In this document: piece after piece, positions 51,465-64,000 of the stretch
Layout of the letters: each line of letters begins with the position of its first letter
How positions within the stretch are numbered: position 1 is the first letter of the stretch
NCBI GenBank assembly: GCA_964016885.1
Contig: OZ024740.1
Span: forward strand, 225,804,001-225,868,000
From: Eledone cirrhosa
Taxonomy: Eukaryota
Direction of reading: 5' to 3'
Length of the DNA: 64,000 bases
Program-made: the position numbers and the translations under genes
The notes under the pieces: model-generated
Seen by the model: only the letters and a program-made list of their open reading frames with translations
Database searches by the model: none
Told to the model about the DNA's origin: nothing

Positions 51465-54400
51465 GGAAAAATTTGAACAGGAACAAAACAGAGAGGCAGT
51501 ACAACGAATGTTTATTAATTTCACGCTCTGGAGAGTGGGGTGTTGGTGGGGAACGACGTTTCGGGCATAAGCCCTTCCTCAGGTGAGAAGTGAGTGGGAA
51601 CAGAGTTCAAAAGGTGTGTAGGGGAGTGGTGGAGAGACATATAGCGAAAGGAAACGGTGCGAATGAAATTAAAAATAAAAATAAAAATAAAAATAAAGCA
51701 TGATCAAAATACAAGGAATGAAATAAATTTAAATATAAAAGCATGATCAAAATAAACTGAAATTAAAAGGGGGGTGAAACAGGTGGTGGAAGGGTGGGGG
51801 TGTAGGGGTGGTGGCGGGTGGAGTGGGGAGAGGGAGACGGGGTGTCCGAGCGGGGAGGGCTGAAGGTGGTGTGTGTGTAGGTGTACGTGTGTGTGTGTGT
51901 GTGTGCATGTGAAAGTAAGGGTTGGGGGAAGAACGGGGTTGCATGTTCAGGAAGAGGTGTGTGTGTGTGGGGGGGGGGGGGTCGGAGTGTCTGTGCGTGT
52001 GTGGATAGAGGGGTGGGGGGAGAGGAATCAGGAGGCTGAGGGTGTAAATATGTGGTGGAAAGCACGTGTGAGTGGGGTTTAAGCGTGTTGTGGGTGTAGG
52101 TGGCGTGTGGAGAAAAAAAAAATGGGTGGGGGCTGAGTTATATAGGTGATTACGTGAGAGGATGGTTGAAAAGTTGGTAAAATCTGATGATGTTTAGTGG
52201 ATTCTGTGGTGGTCAAGTTCTACGTGCGAGTATTCCATGAAGCGATGGTCGGAAGAGGAGAGATGTGGGGTGCGCGCGCAACAGGAAGTGGTCAAGCAGT
52301 GGGAGTGCTGTGTGTCTGTTTGTGCTGGGAGGTGGTCAGAGGGCATAGCAGCAGTCGGTGGAATGGTAAAGGGGCGAGGATGGGTAGGTGTGAAAGTTGG
52401 AGTGAGGAGGGTGTGTGTGTGTATTAGTAGAGGTGTTAGTGGGATGAGTGAGTGTGGAGAGAGGGTGTGGGTGGAGCGGGGAGAGAAGGGTGTGTCTAGT
52501 TCTATGGAGGGAGTGTGGTGTACTGGTGTGTGTGTAGTTTGATGAAGGGGTGTTAGTGGGTGTTAGTATACGGGAGGTGGGGAGGGGTTGAATGCAGGTG
52601 TGAGTGGGGGTTAGTGGTGGTAGGGTGTGTAGAGTTGGTGGTGTACGAGGGTGTGTGGGTACGTGTGCGTGGGGTTGGGGGTGTTAGTGATGTTAGTTGC
52701 GTGTGGAGTGGGTGGTGTAAGTGGGTGCGTGTGTTCGTGTGCTTGGGGTCAGGGGGTGTTAGTGAGGTTAGTTGCGGGGTGGTGGGATGGAGATGTGGGA
52801 GTGAGAGATGTGGGGGTGAGGGTTGGTGGTAGTAGTAGGGTGTGTGTTTAGTGTGAGCGCGTGTATATATGTGCCGGTGGGTTTGTGCGTGTGATAAGGA
52901 GGGGGGAGGAGAAGAAGGGAGGGATGTTAGTATGTTAGTTGGGGAAGGGTGGTCAGATGAGGGGTGGAGTGGAGGTGTTAGTATTGTTAGTTGTGGGGTG
53001 GGCGGTGAAAAGGAGGGGTGTGTTAGTGGTGTTAGTCGGGGATAAGTGTGGGGGGAGGGGGGAGGTCGAAGGCTAAAGGAATAAGGGTGGGGAGTTCAGG
53101 CCGGGGGGAGTGTGGGTCTGTAAGATGAAGATAGTTCTTTGTTCGACTCTAAGGCGATTGGTGGGTGTTCCGTGGCACTGGAGTAGGCCACAGACTGTGA
53201 GATGGCGTGCGGAATGTCCAGGGCCACCAAAGTGGCGGGCGATGGGGGAACTACCCCCGAGACGAATATCCCGGAGGTGCTCAGTGAATCGGTCCGCCAG
53301 GCGACGTCCCGTCTGTCCGACATAAGTCCGACATAAGTCCGTAGATTAAGTTGGAGGAGGTGCAGCGGAAGGCATGCCGGACAGAGAGAGAGTGGCCGTT
53401 GGGACCCTGGAAGGTGGTGGTGTTGGTGATGTGGGGACAGGTGTTGCAGCGGGGCCTAGAACAGGGAAAGGAACCGGGGGGGAACAGAGCGTGGGTTGGG
53501 GGGTAGGGAGCTGTGGACGAGGAGGGTGCGGAGATTGCATGCGCGTTTGAAGGAGGGGAGTGGTGGAGTTGGGAAGATGTGGGAGGTGGAGGGGTCGGAC
53601 TGGAGGCGTCGGAAGAGGCGGCGGATGGTGCGGTGGAGGGGTAACGTGGATGGGTGGTAGGTGATGGGGAAGGGGAGACGGTGGGAGGGTGTGCGGTGGC
53701 GTGGGGTGAGGGTGGTGGAGCGGGGGACAGCACGGGCGCGGGTGAGAGCAGTGTAGACGAGAGAGGGGGGTAACGTCTGCGGATGAAATGGCCGACTAGG
53801 GAAAGGGCCTGGGACTCAAAGTCAGCATCTCGGCTACAGAGGCGGCGGATCCTGAGAAGTTGGGAGTAGGGAATGGAGTGTTTAGTGTGGGTGGGGTGGG
53901 AAGAGGTGAAGTCGAGGTAAGAGTGGGTGTCGGTGGGTTTGAAGAAGGCGAAGGTGACGAGGGCGTGGTGGGAGGAGTCGAAGGCGACGGAGATGTCTAA
54001 GAAGTGGACGTGGGTGGTGGAGATAGAGGTGGGGAAGTGGAGGGAGGGGTGGAAGGAGCAGAAGAAGGAGAGGAAGGAGTCGAGCTGTTCTCGGGTGAGG
54101 GTCGTGGCTCCGATACAGTCGTCAATGTAACGACCGTACAGTTCGGGCGTGGGGCCGGTGTACTGGGCAAAGATTTGGGCCTCAACATGGCCAACAAAAA
54201 GGTTGGCATAGTTCGGGCCCATTCTTGTACCCATGGCTACCCCCGTGACCTGTTGGTAAAACTCACCCGAGAAGGAGAAACAATTCAGGGTGAGGACCAG
54301 CTCGGCGAGGCGAAGGAGGGTGGGGGTGGAGGGAATGGGGGAGGGGCGAAGGTCTAGGTAGTGTTTGACGGCGCGTAGGCCGTCGGCGTGAGGGATGACG

Positions 54401-54553
54401 GTATAGAGGGACTTGATGTCTAGGGTGAAGAGGAAGTGCTGTCGGCCGGGTGGGTAGGTGAAGGAGTCGAAAAGGCGCAGGGCGGGGTTGGTGTCGGAGA
54501 TGTGGGAGGGGAGGGTGGTGAAAAGGGGGGCGAGGATGGAGTCGAGAAAGGCG
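51462..54553 (-). mobile_element. 5'-truncated Penelope-like element (Neptune-like by inference) with a ~1.6-kb low-complexity 3' UTR, in (TA)n
   Basis: LDIKSLYTVIPH, GVAMGTRMGPNYANLF, YGRYIDD, FLDI, KPTDTHSYL, CSRPRCNTC, CTSSNLIY; frameshifted. Confidence 0.93.
51553..51584 (-). ncRNA. Ultra-minimal hammerhead motif at the PLE 3' end
   Basis: AC-CTGAGGA-a-gggc[ttat]gccc-GAAA-CG-TC^GT, followed ~40 nt later by AATAAA. Confidence 0.75.
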
Positions 54554-54808
54554 ATATATATATATATATATAGAAACGATCGTAAAGCAGTGAAGTATAT
54601 TTCTAATGACTTGATTTTTTTATTTCCTTGTTTTAACTTATATCATGACTCTGTTTTCCTTTTAATGTTTTATTGTTTTCCGGGATTTATTTTAACCTAC
54701 AACATTTTCAACATATGGATTACATTGAGTTCTCCATGCAGACTGGACCCCACCACTTACCGTGGATATCGCTGTCTCTCTATATATATATATGTATATA
54801 TATGTATA

Positions 54809-55018
<210 letters not shown>

Positions 55019-55022
55019 GTAT

Positions 55023-55108
<86 letters not shown>

Positions 55109-55194
55109 TATATTAGATGAGAAAAAACTCTAATTCTGAGAGTACAAACAAGATAAACAAAAAAAGTATTCTGTCTAACTTCGCTTATATATAC

Positions 55195-55279
55195 ACTTCG
55201 CTACAATGGTTTCGTATCAGAAAGAATTATTTTTGGAACCACCAATAATTGAAGAATCCGCCACACTCCTCAGAGAAGT
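55195..55279 (-). ncRNA. Hammerhead ribozyme with a ~53-nt extended helix II in a solo pLTR (55112-55512)
   Basis: ACTTCT-CTGAGGA-gtgt...atac-GAAA-CCATTG-TA^GCGAAGT. Confidence 0.7.
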
Positions 55280-55509
55280 TTAATTCTTCAAGAGCTAAGA
55301 GAAATTGAATAAGTTATAATAGATACTGTTTCCCTTACCGAGGCAGCATGGTGATATAAAATAAACATGTAGTGTTTCGTTATCAAAATCTCCTGGGATA
55401 TCAAGATTACGCAAAACTGGAACTTTCATTCATATGAATCATCATTCCCAATGATTTCATACGAGTGATAAAGTTCTACTCATAACCCATGGTAGTCCCA
55501 TCAACTTGT

Positions 55510-55630
<121 letters not shown>

Positions 55631-55672
55631 TATAAATTACAGAATAATCAAAACTATGTTCAAAACATGTTA

Positions 55673-55727
55673 TTGCTGACAATCGTTTCTTCCACACTTT
55701 CGTTTGGATTCATCGGAAAACTAGCAA
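55673..55727 (-). ncRNA. Hammerhead variant (CCGAUGA) in the 3' pLTR; paralogue at 59908-59962 in the 5' pLTR
   Basis: TTGCT[bulge]-CCGATGA-atcca...tggaa-GAAA-CGATTG-TC^AGCAA, with the same core in both pLTRs. Confidence 0.65.
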
Positions 55728-56034
55728 AGTTTAGACATATAATTAACTTCCTATTCCACAGAACAATCATAAAAATACATAGATATTAATGTTCTCATCA
55801 ATATTTACAGAGTGGAGATGTTGAGCTCAGTATCATTGGATACGACAAAGATTACAAAAGAATAATATAACAATTAAAGAGGCATTAAGGCAGAAAATTA
55901 CTCGTAAAACGAGGACATTAACAGTACATATGCAAGCGTATAGAGAGTGTAAATGTGTTAGGCATGTACAGAATAGCTATGTAGGAAATAAGCAATGGTA
56001 CTAGGCATATATATGGTAAAGGTATCACATAATA

Positions 56035-56453
56035 TAATTGTTTCTACGTTAGGCACAAGGCCAGCAATTACCCAGTGTATTACTGGTACTTTATTTTATC
56101 GACCCCGTAAGGATGAAAGGCAAAGTTAACCTCGGCGGGATTTGAACTCAGAATGGCAAGGGCCGTAACTCTATGCGTCAAAGCATGCCGTCCGACCCTC
56201 TACCAATACTGCCAATCCACCGCCACATAATATAATATCACATAATATAATGCAGGTTTACAAGCACATTAAGCAGACGAAGATGTTTGTGTATTAAAAG
56301 TAGTTTCTATGAAGTTTATGGTGGATGTAGTGTGATAATTGTTCCTGTAATGTACAAATGTGCATGTGTTGTGAGTATTAATATTAATATTAAAATAAAG
56401 TACCAGTAATACACTGGGTAATTGCTGGCCTTGTGCCAAAAGTAGAAACAATT
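56035..56453. mobile_element. Family A SINE (56035-56225 minus, TSD CACATAATATAAT) and a 3' fragment (56390-56453 plus)
   Basis: Full motifs in the first copy, tail only in the second. Confidence 0.88.
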
Positions 56454-57671
56454 AATATTAATGTTTTCTTTTCCATTACATTGATTATATTTTAGTGAAT
56501 GTTTATAAGTAGTTACAACTATGGATTGTATATTGATCCTATTACGCTCTTATCCAGGGTTCGAGTTCTTCTAGAGTGATCTGTCTAACGGTTTAATTTC
56601 AGGAAGTGCATTAGAGTTCTATATTAAGGGGAGCTAATCTGAAAGTGGGGGGGGGGGGTATTAGCGATTAATTTGTATATAATAGAAAAAATGTATAGTT
56701 GTTTACAGCTCTAATTAGTTAAATTCCTTGAGCTAATATACAAAATATTATGTTATAAGTGAATCCCTTTTATATAATGCTATTTATTTATATATTTAAT
56801 TTTAAATACAATCTATTTTCCTATAATACATTAAAGGTCTCATTATATTACTATCTACCCATTACTGAATAAAATATAAGCTATAGTTGTTATATTAAAT
56901 GGTGGTAAATTTATGTTTATTCTTAATAGTTATTATAGAGTATAAGATTTGAGATAAATAGAAGGTAAGTAGAAGAATGAGCTGATCATAGAGTGTGATG
57001 CTGTGGGGGTAATTATATGCTGATAGAACCTAGAGGTGAAGTGTTAATGGTGGTGAGGAATCCAGATTTGACATTGTTATATACTAGTATCTAGGTTTAA
57101 AGTTGTGGAAAGTGTATGGGTGGTAGTGTTGGTACATGGAAAAATTTCTGATTTTCTATTTAAGAGGTTTAGTTTAGAATAGATTATAGTGCGGGTCTTT
57201 AGAAGACAGAGGTTACATAATTTATTCGGTGGTTTATACGATGCGGCCTTATCTATTACTTCCCATTGAAGTGTGTATGGTCTATTTCTAGTTTTCAGAT
57301 AGTGTATGAAGTTAGATAAAGAAGTGTAGTTGGCTAGATTGCGATTTTTGAAAGTGTGGAGATGCGAGTTATATCTCGTCTTGAAGCAGTTCGAAGTAGA
57401 ACCGATATATGTTTTTGAAGAGTTGTTTGTATTGACTGTGCATGAGTAAATGATGTCTTTGATTAAGCGATTTTGACCTAAGGGGCAAGTTCTATTTGTT
57501 CTACAGTTACAGTTATTCTGGTTGTTTGCTTGCCGGTTAATATGGTGTGTAGATGCATGGTTGTTAGGGATAGCATTAGGGTAATGATGATTATCATTCT
57601 CATTGTTATTAATTTCATTAGTGCTATTACTATTATTGCTACTAGAATTCTCTGGTATTATGTTGCTATGC

Positions 57672-57862
57672 AAGGGTGGTGGATTGGCAGTATCGGTAGA
57701 GGGTCGGCCGCCATGCTTTCTAGCATAGTTACGTCCCTTTACAGTCTGAGTTCAAATCCCACCGAGGTTAACTTTACCTTTCATCCTTACGGGGTCGATA
57801 AATTAAAGTACCAGTAATATACTGGGTAATTTCTGGCCTTGTGCCTAAAGTAGAAACAATTA
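57672..57862 (+). mobile_element. Family A SINE with TSD TATGTTGCTATG, inside the PLE ORF
   Basis: Full motifs and a 12-bp flanking direct repeat. Confidence 0.9.
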
Positions 57863-60066
57863 TGTTGCTATGTAGGTTTACCCCCTGTTGTGATTTAATT
57901 AGTTGGAAATCATTATTAATCTTCCTTTTATTACTACTAGCTATATGGTACGCGATGTTATGTGTCGTAGAGTGAGAGATTTTTATGGTATTTTTATTGA
58001 TAAGATTATGGTATTTGTGGCCGACTGGGAATTATTTTTTCTGAGGCAAGTTGGTGGAAACGTTTAGATTGAAAGGGGAATTGAAAAATGTATTAGTTCT
58101 TCTATTTTTGTTTTTTGTAATATTATTATTGGGGTGTTTATTCTGGTGCGAGTTAAGTTTGATATTACCCTTCGTACTAGAGTTATAGTGGCTAGTACTT
58201 TTATTATTTTTTCTCGTGGCCATATTTTGAGAAATAATGTTGTAACTAGGTGATTTTATAGGTAAAAATTTAATTTCGTTTTTATGGCCTGATTTAGCTA
58301 AGGCCTCATTATAGTATTGTGAATTACAGTTAAATACGGTTTCATTATATGATAGAGTAGAAATTCTATTTGATATTCCTTTAGTAATCGAGTTTAATAT
58401 AGATTTAAGGTGGTTAGAGTTGGTATCTACATAGAGTAGTTTTTCGTTTGGTTTATGAAAGTGTACGTATATTTTAGAGTCTCGGCAAAGGTTAGCACCG
58501 AGGAAGTTAACGTTTTTAGTGTTTGAATCTAAGGTAATACCCAAGTTGAAGTTTTTGAAAATTTTATGTAATTGTTTCCTAGTTCTTTCTATATTAAATT
58601 TGTTATAGCTAATAAGAAGTAGTGCATCATCGCGGTATAAACCACCATTGAGGTAGGGTCGATTCCTATGAATTTAATGTAATATCTATAGACCCACCAA
58701 GTCAGTGACCTGCGCAGAGTCACTAGATCCCATAGTTAATTCAACGTTGTTAGCTGTATCCTTGCGGGACTATAATTTATCTTCAAATATAATTATGGTT
58801 TTACGGGCCGCAAGTATGACATTAATTTGGGATCTACTAAGGTCACTATTGTTCATAGCCATAATTAATGCCTTATTTAATAGGATAGGAGAAATAGAGG
58901 TGTAATATGAATTAATATCAAATTGTATACATTTTTTTTTTAATTCTCTTTAATATCATTGAACCATTCAATAACTCCACCAGTATTTATCCACAGGTTA
59001 ATATATATTTTATGCTTAAATTGAGGGATGATTCTATGTAATATTTTTTTGCTGATAATTCCAATGTCAGATTTGGAAGGGCAAATTAGTCTTATAGAAG
59101 GGTTACTATTAAAGTCTTCCTTATGGTCCTTCAGAGAGAATATTGGTGGGTTAGGGGTGTATGACTGTGTATGTCTCTGAAGTCCTAATTTACATACTAT
59201 ACCATGGCCTTCTATATTTATATCTTCTAAGTTTTTAATAGTGGTTTTCTTATAGCTCCTATGTAGTTCATTATATATAAATTGTCTATATGTATCGTAA
59301 TCTAGGCTATATATATTATTAGTTTTATCTGCATGTACTAGAATTTTTTTTTTTTTTATTAAATCTTTTAATAGTGGAGTTAAGGTTGTTTAAGAAGGTA
59401 TTGTTTCTATTATGATGTTTTCTGTACTTTATGTTCTTAATTAGTTTTATTAAATCAGTTTCGAAAGAGTTTAATAAGGTGTTGTGAGGTGGGCTTTTTA
59501 AAGTGTTAAAGCCGTAAGAGTCGAAATTGTTTACATCTCTGTTTTTGTTTGTTCGGTTTCTATCGTAATGGAATGTCCTTCATCTCACTCTATTGATAAA
59601 AGAGTTGACACTATTAATCAATAATTTTTCGTACGTATCCCTAGATGGTATTGGTATGTTCTTAGCAGACATAGGAAGATAATCTTTGATTAGCATACTG
59701 GTAATTTTATGTATGTTAGCTCAACAGTATCGAGCAGGTAACAATAATAATATTATTTATACTTATATATACACTATATATAATTATAAACAGGAAAGGT
59801 CAGTAATTCATCAGTACCGTATTACCAGTAAGAAAAATAGCTCAATGTAAATACATCAGATGTTTTACAGAGCAGGAATATAAATTACAGAATAATCAAA
59901 ACATTTTATTGCTGACAATCGTTTCTTCCAAACTTCGTATGGGATCATCGGAACATTAGCAAAGTTTAAAACATCTGATGTATTCACATTGAGCTATTTT
60001 TCTTACTAGTAATGAATTACGGACCTTTCTTGTTTATAATTATATATAGTGTATATATAAGTATAA

Positions 60067-60199
<133 letters not shown>

Positions 60200-60221
60200 C
60201 AATATATATATATGTGTGTTT

Positions 60222-60476
60222 TGTGGTGAGATCTGTCCACGCCTTGAACCCTGGGTAGCACCAAAAAGTCAAATTCTAGGTCTATCCTTTTCGGCGTGAA
60301 CAAGTTCATGCGTGGGCGATCCCTCGAGGCGGGAGACATAAAGCGACAGGTATTAAAAGCCTGTATCATCCCACGTCTAACACACAGAGAGATCGGAGCA
60401 GTACGCTATAGACAAGCTATGTGAAAGATTCACCGCTGCCTATAGACAACCACAGACCGTTACTCTCTCTCTCTCA

Positions 60477-60573
<97 letters not shown>

Positions 60574-60751
60574 CCTGGTCTCGGACTACACCAGCCTCAT
60601 GAACAAACAACAAAATAACATTGTCAACCTTTGCGACTCGTGGTAACTTGTTTGGTGTTATTTTTGACTGAAGTGAAGTAAACCTTTTCATATATAAAGT
60701 AAATCAGCTATTCTTGTTATTTCATCTAACAACCACTACTAATACACTTCG

Positions 60752-60756
<5 letters not shown>
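60222..60756 (+). mobile_element. Candidate solo LTR
   Basis: TGTGGTGAG...CTTCGTTACA (TG..CA, imperfect inverted ends), AATAAA-like ATATAAAG ~60 nt before the end, between microsatellites. Confidence 0.5.
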
Positions 60757-60826
<70 letters not shown>

Positions 60827-60827
60827 A

Positions 60828-60905
<78 letters not shown>

Positions 60906-60907
60906 TT

Positions 60908-61552
60908 TTAGTATATGTTGGTTGTATACCAACATCTCAGTATGCAGCCTGGAGCACTCGACGAAGTGCGCAGGTTGGTTTAGTTACTCCGGAGTAATGT
61001 AAAATAAAGTTAAATAAAAAGTCAAATGTTTAAAATGTAGCTTCGTTTATTACTGCTATATATATTTCAGTGACAGCCATATTTGGCTGTGACTTCTTCA
61101 GGCAGTCTGAATTAGTGTGGTATAGACAAGTACATATGTTGTTGAGATGCATAATTTTGTCAATACTCTGATATGCCCAGTTCCTGGTTGGGTTGTTATT
61201 TCACTGAGGAACTGGAATCATATAGTGTGGTATAGACAAGTACATATGTTGTTGGGGTGTATAATTTTGTCAATACTCTGATATGCCCAGTTCCTGGTTG
61301 GGTTATTATTTCACTGAGGAACTGGAATCATATGATTCCAGTTCCTCAGTGAAATAACAACCCAACCAGGAACTGGGCATATCAGGGGTATTGACAAAAT
61401 TATACACCTCAACAACATATGTACTTGTCTATACCACACTAATTCAGACTGCCTGAAGGTCACAGCCAAAGATGGCTGTCACCGAAATATATATAGCAGT
61501 AATAAACGAAGCTAAATTTTAAACATTTGACTTTTTATTTAACTTTATTTTA
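60908..61552. mobile_element. ORF-less head-to-head pLTR element (13455 family) with a ~110-bp tandem duplication in the left arm
   Basis: Perfect centre GGAACTGGAATCATATGATTCCAGTTCC; arms ~61000-61331 and 61332-61551. Confidence 0.85.
61052..61106 (-). ncRNA. Minimal type I hammerhead ribozyme (the mirror copy 61448-61500 lacks G8A9)
   Basis: ACTGC-CTGAAGA-agtcacagcca[aata]tggctgtcact-GAAA-TATATA-TA^GCAGT. Confidence 0.85.
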
Positions 61553-61756
61553 TATATATATATATATATATATAAAATAGGTATGTATACGAAGTCCGAC
61601 TAGCAAATGGAATCAAGTATTTATATGCAATCCACAATGCATTTACGGCAAATGCTCGTATATTGATTAATTTGAGTTTTCCAAATAGGCGAAACCGTTA
61701 GGCGTCGTAATCGGATTTTTGTCCTCTCTCTATAAATACACCTCCCCACATACGTT

Positions 61757-61814
<58 letters not shown>

Positions 61815-61949
61815 GTATATATATGTGTGTGTGTGTGTGTAGATATGTTTATCTATTTATATGTATACATATTCATATAATTATATATATGCATACATAT
61901 ATATATATATATGCATATATGTGTATATATACATACACACAGACACACA

Positions 61950-62026
<77 letters not shown>

Positions 62027-62304
62027 CACGAGAACTCGCTGTTTTCCATGCATATATACATGTTTTACGATGCAATCGAAATCTATTTAAAGAGTCTGAT
62101 GCTTGCTTCCATCCCTTTTCGTTCCTTTATTCTAATTTTTTTTTTGTTTTTGATTTTTTTTTTTATTAAAACAAATATATGCTGAGTTTATTCATATGTG
62201 AATATTTGACAATTTAACTTGCAATCTGTCTCCATGGTTCCAACTATTCATCATTCTGATGAACTTCATATGGGGAAATATTGAGTACAGTTAAGAAATC
62301 AAAT

Positions 62305-63173
62305 TGACACACATGCATACATTCACACACACATACATACATATACAACACAGACACAATACTCATGCACACATTCACACATACATACAGACACAACACA
62401 CATCTACACACTTACACAGACACACACAGACATACACACCCATACCCCAAACATACAACACACTCACACTCAAAGAAACACACATACAACACACATACAA
62501 CACACATACTCACACCGACACACACTCACACCGACACACACTCACACAGCATACACACACGTACATGCCTACACCCAATGAGACACAACAATACAACCAC
62601 ACAAATAATCACACCGAAACACACGCATACAACACACATACTCACACCGACACAACATACACACCCATACACAACACACAACACACACAACACACAACAC
62701 ACACACACCACACGTATAAAACATAAACAGATCCCTGTTCTCATTAATTTTTTATTCAGTTCTCAGTCTTTCAATATTTCCCATTTTAAACTGGAGATCA
62801 AAGATATATGATTTGTCTCTAAACATTTACAACTCATTAGATATTAAAATAATTGCATTTTCACTAAAATTCAATGTTTGCGTTTTGATTCATACATCAG
62901 CCATTCACCATTTTGCCATTTTTATTAAAGCTGATTCAAGCTTTTTCACTATAATATTTGCTGTATTGTTTTTTTATAATCATCATCATCATCATCAACA
63001 TTATTTATCATGGTTGTTATTAGTAGTAGTAGTAGTAATAGTATTAGTAGTAATAGTAGTGTCATCGACATTATTATGATTATTATGATCATTATCTTCA
63101 TTATCATCATCGCCATCATCAACATTACTACCACCATGATCATCAGAATCATCATCATAATTACCACTACCAT

Positions 63174-63206
<33 letters not shown>

Positions 63207-63240
63207 TAATTTCATTAACGTTATTTATTATTATTGATAA
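62305..63240. repeat. Degenerate (CA)n tract (62305-62725) and (CAT/TAG)n trinucleotide low complexity (62975-63240)
   Basis: Direct reading of the sequence. Confidence 0.9.
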
Positions 63241-64000
63241 TTTTTTTTTTTATATAGTGATGATGGTTGGTAGCTGTTGCTTTATTTCTTCTTGTTATTT
63301 TTCTCGTCAGTGCTGTCTGTTGTTGCTTTTTTATATTCTATAAAAAAAATTTTTTTAACTTTTTATTGTATTTGAAATGTTTTTGATCTTTACTAGTGAA
63401 AAGTTAAATGAATTGAAGTCAATCTCTGCTGATAGAAATTAGATTAAAATCTCCAATCATGTAACTCTCTAGCTGATATCCAGGTGGCAGTTAGATTTGA
63501 TCTGTCCCTAATCGATATCAATGAAGTGAAACAAGTGAAAAACGAAGGGCAATAAAACCCTCTTTAAGAAGTTGTTTTAATTAAGATATGATGAACAGCT
63601 GTCTCTATTTTCAATGATATCTCTTTCTTTCTTTCATTCATTCACGCTCATGCATACACACGTATATAAAGATGGCAAATTCCCATGCAAACCTATATAC
63701 ACATACATATACACATGTACATATACACACACATACACATACACATGTCCATACACACTTATGTACACAAACATATACACACGTACATATACTAACATCC
63801 ATAAACATACATATTCAAATAACCATTTCCATGCAAAAATATGGACATACATATACACACATACGCAAAAAATATACACATACATATACACACATACGCA
63901 TACAAACATATACACACGTGCATATACAAACATATACACACATACATATACTCACATACATAAACATACATACATATAATGCAAGTAGACATTTCCATAC

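Noticed and set aside
62250-62290. HHR-like CTGATGA-acttcatatggg-GAAA-TATTG
   Set aside because: No valid UH with helix I pairing; chance match or too decayed to call.
63410-63560. CTCF-like motif (CCAGGTGGCAG) in unique sequence
   Set aside because: A partial motif alone is not evidence of a regulatory site.

Overview
AT-rich, microsatellite-dense eukaryotic DNA with no recognisable host gene exon. The SINE and repeat content suggests a cephalopod (Octopus-like) genome; this is an inference. Nearly all explainable sequence is mobile DNA: (i) at least 8 Penelope-like element (PLE; RT plus C-terminal GIY-YIG) copies or fragments and many solo or inverted pseudo-LTRs (pLTRs), mostly bracketed by (TA)n; (ii) about 20 minimal type I hammerhead ribozyme (HHR) motifs in those pLTRs, read by eye, including one with a ~97-nt branched helix II and a possible pseudoknot; (iii) R4/Dong-like restriction-like-endonuclease LINEs in (TAA)n and a tandem array in (CATA)n; (iv) RTE-like APE-RT LINEs, one with a twin-priming-type inversion; (v) an internally deleted mariner; (vi) about 20 tRNA-derived SINEs, mostly with a Meta-domain core; (vii) candidate solo LTRs. 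The most interesting signal is a recurring architecture: short, ORF-less, asymmetric head-to-head HHR palindromes whose short arm stops just before a small conserved (A/G)CTC...GAG(T/C) hairpin. A variant of that hairpin lies 22 nt before the start codon of two full-length PLEs. All alignments and folds were done by eye and coordinates may be off by a few bases.
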